DNA of 64,000 bases from Prasinococcaceae sp. CCMP 1430 (taxonomy: Eukaryota > Plantae > Prasinodermophyta): assembly GCA_013416795.1 (NCBI GenBank), contig RQSC01000029.1, positions 353,248 to 417,247 of the forward strand. Reading direction: 5' to 3'. Of this stretch, positions 12,521 through 21,753 are shown piece by piece (position 1 is the stretch's first letter; each line of letters opens with the position of its first letter). The position numbers and the translations under genes were made by a program. The notes below the pieces were generated by a model that ran no database searches, was not told the origin of the DNA, and saw nothing but the letters and a program-made list of their open reading frames with translations.

Positions 12521-13421
12521 ATGGGCCGCAGCCTGACCCTCAAGCTCAACGCCGCCGGCGACGCGAATGCGCAGTCGGGCGGCGCGAGCCTCACCACCAT
12601 GGCCGGGGACGTCAAGGTGGGCCTCACCACCGCGTCGATGTACGTGCGCGCGGGGGCGCGCGCGCGCGCATGCGCCCGTGGGCGCTCGCACGCGTGGAGG
12701 GGGCGCTTGGCGCGTGCGATGGCGCGCTAGAGCGAGAAAGGCGTGCGCGCGCCTGCGCTCGCGCCTGCCTGCTCCTGCGCGCAGCGGGGCGCGAGCGCGG
12801 GGCAGGTTCGCGCGCGAGGGTTAGGGGGCGTTTCGTGCGCGGGCGTGCCGGCACTGCTCGCGCCCGAGGCTGACGCGCGCGCACACGATCTCCCGCAGCT
12901 CGAAGGACTCGATGCCCCAGTCGGCGGTCCTGTCCCTGTCGGTGCCCGGCCGCGACGACGACCACCCCGCCTTTGGCCTGGACTACGACACCGCCGACGG
13001 CAGCTCCAGGTTCGTCGTCAACCAGAGCATGAACGTCGAGGGCAAGGCGCTCGACGTCGAGCTCTCGGGCAACACCAAGGGTGGCGCCGCCATCGAGGTG
13101 TCGCACGACCTCGGTGCCGACATCGGCACCGTGTCCGTGTCCCACGACTTCAAGTCGGGCAACCAGAGCGTCGGGCTGGACTGGTCCAAGGACGCCCTGA
13201 CGCTCAAGCCGCGCTTCAACCTGGCGGACAACTCGTACTCCGTCTCTGCCACGCAGTCGGGCGTGGGCCGTGACGGCGACGAGCTGACGCTCTCGTACAA
13301 CTCGGCGCAGGACGTCTCTGCCACGTACAAGGTCGATGACCTCAGCGTTGGCCTGTCGAGCAACATCAACAACATGGCGCCCAAGCTGTCGCTCAGCTAC
13401 AGCTCGAGTTTCGACATCTGA
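12521..13421 (+). CDS. OEP24-like plastid outer-envelope beta-barrel porin, 2 exons (intron 12640-12898)
   Basis: Spliced product of about 213 aa made of amphipathic beta strands, no transit peptide. Segments AGDVKV, RFVVNQSMNVEGKALDV, LKPRFNLADNSYSV and PKLSLSYSSSFDI* parallel plant OEP24 as I recall it. Confidence 0.7.
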
Positions 13422-13775
13422 GGACGCCGCGCTGGGCTGTGCCAGGGTGCCTCGCTCGATGTCCAATAGTTTCACAGGGTCGCGCACAAACATGGTGCGC
13501 GAGAGGACACGATGCAGTGCAGGTGGCATCTTAGAAATGTAAGAAATTTTGCATATACAAACACGCAAGGGATTTCGCGCGTCGTATGCCTCCGGAAGCT
13601 CGTCGTTGGCCGGCGGGAATGCCACGTGCGCCGCGTCGCGCTCGTCTGTGCGCGCGCGACGAGGTGGCCAGGCGCGGCAGCAGGACCGGCGTTGCATGCA
13701 CGCGTGCGCACATCCGAGGTCTCGTCGCCGTCACGCTGCAAGCGCAGGCCACCCCCGCGCTCGCCAGCTCCCTGG

Positions 13776-15228
13776 TCACGAGCTCGGCGACGACACGAGC
13801 AGCGCCGCCCGCGCGCTGGTTGCGACGGCGCAGTCCATGCTCGCGCACGTCAGGGGATCGGTTGACCCGCCACTTGCCTCGACCTGCGCTCGCAGTGCCT
13901 GCGCAGCGCGCGGTGCCCAGTTGCGTGCCGCGTCGACTAGAGCCTCCTTGCCGGCATCGTCCTGCACTTCGGGGCCCGTCGCGCGCAGCATTTCAGCGAC
14001 GGTCGAAGCCATGGTGGCCACGAGCGAGATCAGCTCCTCTTCCTTGTCTGCCCGCCCACCTCGCGTGTGTGTGCTCCGCAACGCCTGCTGCGGATCCTCG
14101 GCGACGTACTCGAGCATCGCGCCCGCACCGTAGGCGCCCGCGTCTGAGCCGATCCGCTTCAGGCCCACCACCCGCCGCCGCGCGTCGTCCGCGTGGCCGT
14201 CGAGCAACACGCAGCGGACCAGCCGCATTCGCACGCGCGGATCCCTCAGGCTCTGCAAAAGGACCACCTTGTGCGCGACGTCCAGCTCCCGGTACTCGTC
14301 ATGCAGGCGCCGCGACACCTCGTCGTGATCGAGCGCATATTGATGGGACACGCGCAGGCCGCCGCTCTCCCCGCCAAGCTTGAATGCGAGCTCGCACCAG
14401 GCGCACACGAGCCTGCCTGCGGCAGCCACGCATGGCAGCAGCGTCGTGCTCTCGCTCGGGACGGGGGAGCTCGCGATGCGCACGGCACTCGAGAAGAGCA
14501 TCCCCTTGGCCAGGCGATACGAGGCGATGCGCGCCATGCGATACACAGCCGCGTCTGTGAGCAGCACCTCTTTCGGTCTCGCCGCGAAGGCCTTGAGCCG
14601 CTCGTCCGCGTCGTCGGCAAGCACGCAGCACGCATGTGTCCACAGAAGCGCGTCGGCGATGGTTGCGGCGTCGCACGTGATCGCCGGCTCGTCGTCGTCG
14701 GCCGCATCCACGGCGGCCGCGGCGGCCTTCCTCACGCGCTCGCCAAGGTCCATGAGTACTTCGAAGTCCCGCATTCCGGGCATCTGCGGGATGGGCAGCC
14801 ATGCGTGTGCGCACACCTTGAGCACCTCCTGCTGCGAGGCTGTCACCCCCCCCACCGCGCCGTCCGCCGCGCAGCCCACGCGCAGCACGGGCGGGAAGGC
14901 GGCATGCAGGCGTCGCATCGTGGCGATCGCCGCGTGCGCGAGCTGCGGATGCGCGCGTCCCAGCGGCACCTCGCCCTCGCCGTCGCAAGGCGCCTCGTCC
15001 CCCTCATCCTCGTCGCTGTCGATCAGACTAAGCTTGACGCTGGATTTGCGCTTCTTGGTGGCTCGGCCCTCGTCCGCGCGCGCGGCGCGCGCAGCCCCCC
15101 TGCGCGAGCTGCTTCCCCGCCCGGCGCCGCTGGGCCGCTCACGCTGCGCGGGCAGGAGCAGGGCGACCAGCTGCTGCGTGAGGCTGTACTGCGGCACCCT
15201 CCCAACCGCCAGCGTCGCCTCTACGCAT
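13776..15228 (-). CDS. Hypothetical protein (~480 aa), basic NLS-like TKKRK; start needs a 1-nt correction
   Basis: Long ORF with coding-type GC3 bias and no recognised family. The nearest ATG (15228) is +1 out of frame. Confidence 0.6.
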
Positions 15229-15268
15229 CGCGGACGCGCGCCCGCGGCAGCCGCGGTACAGGGCCGCC

Positions 15269-18013
15269 ATGGCGCGCGAGCATGGGCACCGAGCGGCGAT
15301 GATCACGCTCGCGAATCCGTTCCTGTCGAGCGAGCAGCTGCTGCGGCAGGTGCTGCGGCAGAGCGGCGTGCTCGTGGCCGTGCGCGTGCTGGCGGGCGAG
15401 TCCGTGAACCACGTGGCGCAGTCGCTCGTGCGCTACATCAAGAAGCGCTGGAAGGTGGGACTCGCGGCCGCGGTCGTCAGCGGCACGTACTTCGCGTACC
15501 GCCTCAAGCAGCACTGGCGCTTCTCGTTCCGGCGATGGATGCACAACCGTCACTGGGCGAAGCAGCTGCTCAAGCAGCAGCAGCGCGCCAAGCAGTACAG
15601 GGACTGGCTCGCGGCGGAGCTCGCCATCGAGGACACCAAAGACCACGCGCCCGAGGGCTTTCCGCCGCTGCCGCCAGCCGAGACAGGTCTCTACGACGAC
15701 GAGCTTGTGCAGCGTACGCTCGAAGAGCTGCGCGCGCGCCGCGAGCGCGGCAACCCGCGCGAGATGATGTTTGCGCTGCGAGCGGACCTCATGCGCAACC
15801 TGGGCGGCATCTGCAACCCTCGGCTGCACGACAGCGTGGTCGTGACGCCGCGGCTGGTGACGGAGTACCTCGACGAAGTCGAGCTGCACCTGCGCTACAT
15901 CACGCGGTGCAAGGACCGCTCGCTCAAAATCGCCGAGCGCCTCGCATTCATGGTAGAGACGCGGCACGCGCACGGCCGCTCTGCCCTCCTGCTGACAGGC
16001 GGGGGGACCATGGCCATTTTCCACGTGGGCGTGGTGCAGGCGCTCGTCAAGCACCGCCTGCTGCCGCGCATCATCGCCGGCGCTAGCGGCGGCGCGATGG
16101 TTGCAGCGACAGTCTGCACCTGCACGCAGGAGGATCTCTTGAGCGATGACTTCCTCCTCAACCAAACCAAGGCCATCTTCGGGGAGGACGGTCGCCGCTT
16201 CATGCCCTTCGACGAGGTCTCGCTGCGCAACATAGTCACAAAGGGCGCCATGCACGGGGCCGAGCAGCTCAAGACCGAGCTGCGCCGCATTCTGGGCGAT
16301 TTCACCTTCCAGGAGGCCCACGACAAGTCTGGTCGCATTCTGAACATCGTGGTGGTGCCCATGCGCAAGCAAAAGCACGATCCGCCGCGCCTGCTCAACT
16401 ACCTGAGCGCACCGAATGTGGTCATCTGGTCGGCGGTCGCGGCCTCGTGCGCCTTTCCGGGCCTGCTTCCCGCGCAGGAGCTGCTTGCCAAGGATCATCG
16501 CGGCAAATTCGTGCCCTGGCACAACTCGCACGCATACGAGTGCGGCAGCGACGACGGCAGCAGCAACGGCAAAAGCCCGGGCAGCCACGACTCTCTCAAC
16601 ACGCTCTCGGGCTCCCTCCCCGGGATGCGCCACAGGCGGCACTCGCTCGGCTCGTTGCCAAGCATGCTCGGTGGCGGTGGCAGCTTCGGAGAGGGGAGCG
16701 CGGATTCGCGCAAGAAACACAATCCACGCCAGTTTCGCGACGGCTCGCTCGAGCGCGACTTGCCAATGCAGGAGCTCTCGGAGATGCTCAACGTGAACTT
16801 TTTCATCGTGTCGCAGACCAACCCGCACGTAGTGCACTACCTGCGCTACAAGAAGTGGTGCTGGCGCAACGCACGCTGGCTGTACAACTTATCTCACTTT
16901 GTTGAGGCAGAGCTCAAACTGGTGGCGCGCACCCTACTCGAGCTGGAGGTCGTCAACGACCGGGTGTGGTTGCCACTCTTGGCTCAGCCATGGGAGGGAG
17001 ACATCAACATCGTGCTGCCCGCCTCGGCGCGTCAGGTGATGCGCGCACAGTCCAACGTATCACTGGCTGAGTATCACCAGTACGTGCGCCAGGGACAGCG
17101 CGAGGCGTGGTCATCGCTGGCAGCCATTCGCACTACGTGTGCTGTCGAGCTGGCGCTCGATGAAGCAGTCAACGAGCTCAAGCTCGAACGAGCTCGAGCG
17201 CTTCGCAAACGCAGGCAGGAGCGAGCTCTCGTCGTGCAGCACAGAAACCTCGCGTCCACCGCGCAGCATGCGCCCGATACCGCGACATTGGACAACGGGG
17301 ACTGGGAATCGCCGACGCCCTCTCGGCAGCACTCGGTAGACATGCCCAACTCCCCAATGTACCGTGGGCGTATTCCCTCTTGGAATTGTGTGCGTGACGC
17401 GGTGCTCGTCAAACGCTCTCTGCTCAAGGCGGGATCGGACAGCAGCCTCTCCGATCGTGAATCGGACATTGCCACCGCCGGCCAGCTTGATCCTGCGTCG
17501 GTTCCAGCACGCACCTCTCTCCCCGTTGCCATGAGCGTGGATCCTTACACGCCGACGACGAAGCCGACCATGCCGACCGAGGCAGCTGTGGTATCGCCGT
17601 CGTCACAGACACCCATAGCTTTGCCAAGGGACGATGAAGGTAGCGCTATGGCGGTGGTTTCCTCGTGGTCACGGCAGTACTCGGGTGTGGGCGATGACCG
17701 CTCCACCTGTTTGAGCTGGCATGCTGGCGGCGCGGATGACATCGTCAAGCATGACAGTCTGGTACTTGAGCTGGCTGCTGAAGACCCTGGTGCTCTCGAG
17801 GAGACGCCGGTCGACGGCCGAACTAGCCATTCGATGACGCCCGCACACCTGTCGAGCGAGGTGCTGCTGAAGAGCCCAGCAGCGTTGACGCGCACATCGT
17901 CGCTGAGCACAAATGGATTTCAGGGACTTGCGCACGGCAACGGCGGCGCCGCCCAGTCCGACCTCTTGCCGGGCGCGCTTAGCACGACCGCGCATTTGTC
18001 ACCCGCCGCATGA
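15269..18013 (+). CDS. SDP1: Patatin-type triacylglycerol lipase (SDP1/TGL3-5 family); start 15269 or 15299
   Basis: Motifs ALLLTGGG..FHVGVV, IAGASGG (GxSxG), FRDGSLERDLPM..LSEMLNVNFFIVSQTNPH, NYLSAPNVVIWSAVAASCAFPG and QPWEGDINIV. Confidence 0.92.
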   Translation: MAREHGHRAAMITLANPFLSSEQLLRQVLRQSGVLVAVRVLAGESVNHVAQSLVRYIKKRWKVGLAAAVVSGTYFAYRLKQHWRFSFRRWMHNRHWAKQLLKQQQRAKQYRDWLAAELAIEDTKDHAPEGFPPLPPAETGLYDDELVQRTLEELRARRERGNPREMMFALRADLMRNLGGICNPRLHDSVVVTPRLVTEYLDEVELHLRYITRCKDRSLKIAERLAFMVETRHAHGRSALLLTGGGTMAIFHVGVVQALVKHRLLPRIIAGASGGAMVAATVCTCTQEDLLSDDFLLNQTKAIFGEDGRRFMPFDEVSLRNIVTKGAMHGAEQLKTELRRILGDFTFQEAHDKSGRILNIVVVPMRKQKHDPPRLLNYLSAPNVVIWSAVAASCAFPGLLPAQELLAKDHRGKFVPWHNSHAYECGSDDGSSNGKSPGSHDSLNTLSGSLPGMRHRRHSLGSLPSMLGGGGSFGEGSADSRKKHNPRQFRDGSLERDLPMQELSEMLNVNFFIVSQTNPHVVHYLRYKKWCWRNARWLYNLSHFVEAELKLVARTLLELEVVNDRVWLPLLAQPWEGDINIVLPASARQVMRAQSNVSLAEYHQYVRQGQREAWSSLAAIRTTCAVELALDEAVNELKLERARALRKRRQERALVVQHRNLASTAQHAPDTATLDNGDWESPTPSRQHSVDMPNSPMYRGRIPSWNCVRDAVLVKRSLLKAGSDSSLSDRESDIATAGQLDPASVPARTSLPVAMSVDPYTPTTKPTMPTEAAVVSPSSQTPIALPRDDEGSAMAVVSSWSRQYSGVGDDRSTCLSWHAGGADDIVKHDSLVLELAAEDPGALEETPVDGRTSHSMTPAHLSSEVLLKSPAALTRTSSLSTNGFQGLAHGNGGAAQSDLLPGALSTTAHLSPAA

Positions 18014-18129
18014 TGCCGGCGGAGTGGCCAAAAAGCCTCGTGAGGCATGTTGAGGAGGGACTCTCGTGGCGTATTGGCATGGGCGCAGCATGAAGGACCC
18101 ACTGTAATCTGTACCGTGTAACCAAAAGA

Positions 18130-20144
18130 TTATTTGTCCAGCAGCCGACCGGCGTCAACGAGCGCTCTGCGACGGCGTGCTACCAGCGCTTTCGCGCTCT
18201 TGAACAGCTGCTGGTCCATTCCGTTGCTCTCCCTGATCGCGCTGAGCGCATCAGCGCTGACCACGTCAATGAGTGATTCCGTACGCTTCGTACCGCCAAT
18301 GCGCAGGAGCTTGGACGCCCACGTGTCGTCCACCGCCGAGGCGGGCGCGGTGTTGGTAGCGACACCGTCCGTTGGATTCTGCTCCTTTGCGCACTGTGCG
18401 TACTCAATAGACGTGGCGGTACCCTTTCCTCCTTTGCTCGCATCCGACGGGTGCCTCTGAGCCTCGGCCCGCGCGGCGTCCTTGTTGAATTTCTTCCACT
18501 TCATGAGCGCATGGAACTGCGCGGTGGTGTCAAGCTCGAGCTCGAAGCTCCCGCCAAGACCTACGAAGGTCGCGCGCTCGGTGAGGCGCACCTTGGCTAC
18601 CTCGAGCACTGTATTGCGCGTCGTTCGCTCGGCCTTCTGCCTCGCGCACTTGCCCAGCGATAGAAGCGCGGTGGACGCGGCCTTGGAACGAATGCCTGGC
18701 AGCGGTTCGAGTGGCTTGCCCTCCTCGCTGTCTGCGGCGCTGCTCGACCTGGATGACAGGTGCGAAAGCCCTGCCAGCGCAAGCGTCTGGCCGTCGGCAA
18801 TCGTGGATAGCACTGTCGCGTGCTTGGCAAACTCCTCAAGCGGCATCACCAGCTCCGCCACGCTGAAGGGGTCCGAATCTAGCTTGGAATTGAGCTGCGC
18901 CCTGATTGTAGCGTTCTGCACCGGCTGTCCCGCCGCTGCCGCCGCTTGCGTCGCGGCGACCATGGCAGCCGCACGCCGCTGCAGATTACGCGCCATCATG
19001 GGGCCGAGCAGCGTCCACGGCCACAGGTGCGATTCCTTCGCGGTTTGCGCCTCGGGCGTGCCGAAGGGCGCGTCCGCCTCGCCGAGCACCGGGTGCGCGC
19101 ACCGCAGGCGCCCCAGACTCGTGCGATTGCAGAACGCGGTGCGCGCGCCGAGGCCGACAGCGAACCGGTACGAAGAAACCAGGCGCTCGACCGGGTCGCG
19201 CACCACGGTCGCGAGCGCCGAGTTCGGCGGCAAGATTGGCGTTATGGACAGGTCATCATTGCTCACCAGCAGGCTGCACTTGTGGCCCCCGCCGGCCTGC
19301 CCGCGCCGGTATCCATCGCCCATGCCGAACACGTTCACGAGCGTGCCGAGCGCCCCGACGCCACCCCCCGTGGTGTCAGCCACAGCCGCGGCGGCCGCGT
19401 TACGCCGCTCGGCTTCGCCTGCCGCCACGAGCATCGCGGCGCCGTTGCCCTTGTCGGCGATCTCGCAGATGCGCTTGCCCTTCCTGCGCCAGCCAGCCTG
19501 CAGCGCGCACGTCGAAAACGTCGACGCGCCGATGCGCGTCGTGTGCATGAACCACAACCAGCGTGGCGGACCGCGCTTGAGCGCATACTCAAACGCCGCG
19601 CCGACCTCGCCGGCACTATCGTCCCCGAGTCCACCGCCCACCCCCAATTGGGCTGGCACGTCTGCACCGCCCGCACCACCGCGCTCGCGTTTGTTGAACT
19701 GCACTCAGAAAGGAACGGCGCGGTCAGGCGCGGTCAGCCCCTGTCAGTGCGCGGCGCACGTCTAGGGCTGCGCGAGGACTCTCCCGTCGATGTGAGCGCT
19801 TCGGATGGGCAGCGCCTGGGGCACGGGCGGGATGGTGTGGTGCGGTGGGAAGGGGTGGGCAAGTCGGGAGGGATTGGCAACATCGCGCAAAAGTGGTTGC
19901 GCTCGTGATGGCCCGTGAAACCTCTGCGACGCACCCATGACGCGACGCCCGCCCCCGCCCATCCGGCCACGCGCGCGTCCTCGTCCGCCGCCTGCGCTGC
20001 CCACGCGTCCGCGCGCTCGGCGCACGTCTGCCCCGTCGGCACGGGGTCGTAGTCCATGAGCGACACCGGCGCGAGCACCACCGCGAGCGACGCGCACGCG
20101 AGCAACGCGAGCGCCGCGCGCGCGAACGCGCCGCCTCCATCCAT
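18130..20144 (-). CDS. Golgi type-II carbohydrate sulfotransferase (Sulfotransfer_2-like), 2 exons (intron about 19705-19760)
   Basis: N-terminal anchor ALALLACASLAVVLAPV. 5'-PSB-like FMHTTRIGASTF, 3'-PB TVVRDPVERLVSSYRF, and C-terminal NGMDQQLFKSAK. Confidence 0.75.
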
Positions 20145-20996
20145 CGCCAACCCACGCACGCGCTGTCCTCACCCACACCACACCACCACCACTCCGCGCC
20201 CGCCGGGCGGATGTGGACAAGGGGGGGGGGAGGGGAGGGGAGGGGAAGGCGAGGCACACTCTCTCGCCCGCGCAGTGGCGCGCCGCCCGCCGCCGCCGCG
20301 CGCCGCAGCACCATTTGCCAGCACCAGTACCTAGGTACAGTAGCATTTGCCTTTGGCAGTGCATTTCCCCTCGCGCCGAACCCACATATAAGTACCAAAT
20401 CACATCAAAATATACAACGGGAGACTACATGTAGCAGTCACAAAAACATGTCGTCAGACAGTGTACTGACATGTGCATGGATGGTATACGGAGCCCCATC
20501 TGATGGCGCTTGATGGCATTCGCGGGCCGGTGCTGCGCAGCACTCGTTGAGGTTTTGCACATTACGTAGGGTTTTAATTGTTAGGGTACGCGGCGGTCGC
20601 GTTCGCGCAGGTGCGTTTCCATGCGTTCGTACCGCGCGCGCCCACACACACATCAAAACGCACGCCTCGGGAAGAGTTTCCCGTGGTTGACAATGAGCTC
20701 AAGATGAATGCATCGAACCACAGGTGCTTGGTGAGGCATGCGCGCCCGCGGGCGTGTGGCCGGGCCGGGGGCGGGGCGGCGGGGCGCGCGTGCCGCTCGC
20801 GGTCCCGCCGCGCCCCTCCCCCACCGCCGCCGCCGCCACCGGAGCCCATGTCGCGCCGGCGGATCGGCAGAGACACCCCGGCCCTGCCCGAGGGGAGGGA
20901 GCGCCCTCGCCCCGCCCCCCACGCGCGCCCTCTGGCGCACCTCCGCCCACGAACACCCGGCGCAAACGCACACGCGCTGGGCGCGCCTAAAAATCT

Positions 20997-21004
20997 AAAC
21001 CCTA
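20997..21004 (+). promoter_or_regulatory. Telo-box-like AAACCCTA (representative copy)
   Basis: AACCCTA/TAGGGTT at 431, 2102, 7283, 20567, 20997, 30614, 37981, 38776, 44972, 60228 and 60244, in AT-richer islands near gene starts. Confidence 0.6.
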
Positions 21005-21194
21005 TAATCATCCATTCAAATCAAATCACATCTTACTTTATTTAGGTTTTTCATCCCTGCTCACATCGTTTTTGATACCGAATGAGGCATGTCCCATGTC
21101 CCAGATCAAAGTGAACTAAACCTAAACCTCCCCAACAGCCATGCGGCGGTGCTGTTACGAACGCCGCCGGCGCGCGCGCGCGGGCGCGCTGGCA

Positions 21195-21273
21195 GTGCGT
21201 GCGTGCGTGCGTGTGTGTGTGTGTGTGTGCGTGTGTGTGTGTGTGTGTGTGCGTGTGTGTGTGTGTGTGTGCG

Positions 21274-21327
<54 letters not shown>
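21195..21327. repeat. (TG)n tract directly abutting a (CA)n tract (self-complementary microsatellite)
   Basis: About 80 bp of GT/GCGT repeats (21195-21274) followed at once by about 53 bp of CA repeats. Confidence 0.95.
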
Positions 21328-21328
<1 letters not shown>

Positions 21329-21504
21329 GGGCACCGAGTTTAGGTGCCGAGATCGGACGCGCGCGTCAGCCGGGCGCGCACGCGCAGGTGTGATTGTGCG
21401 CGCGGGGAGCGCACCCGCGATCGATCGGTCGATCGCACACACGCGCGCGCGCGCAAGCACGCACGCACGCGCGCACGAAGGCACACACAACATGCCCCTA
21501 CACA

Positions 21505-21522
21505 TGCGAGCACACACACATG

Positions 21523-21553
<31 letters not shown>

Positions 21554-21628
21554 GGCGATCGCGCACGCGCACACGCAGCCGCATTCTCTCTCTCTCTCTC
21601 TCTCTCACTCGCGCGCTCTCTCTCTCTC
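21505..21628. repeat. (CA)n and (TC)n microsatellites
   Basis: Visible CA run at about 21524-21549 and TC runs at about 21586-21627. Confidence 0.9.
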
Positions 21629-21753
21629 GCGCGCGCGGCGCACCTCGCGCACAGGCTGGACTGGCGTGCCGCCCACGTGCGCGTCCGCGAAGTCTCGCAG
21701 CGTGCGCGCCGACACGGCGAGCGTGCCCGCCGCCGCGGCGAAGCACACGAGCG

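Noticed and set aside
21141-21753. Poly-CV/poly-HT ORFs and the first 120 aa of ORF 21394
   Set aside because: These are translations of TG/CA/TC microsatellites.
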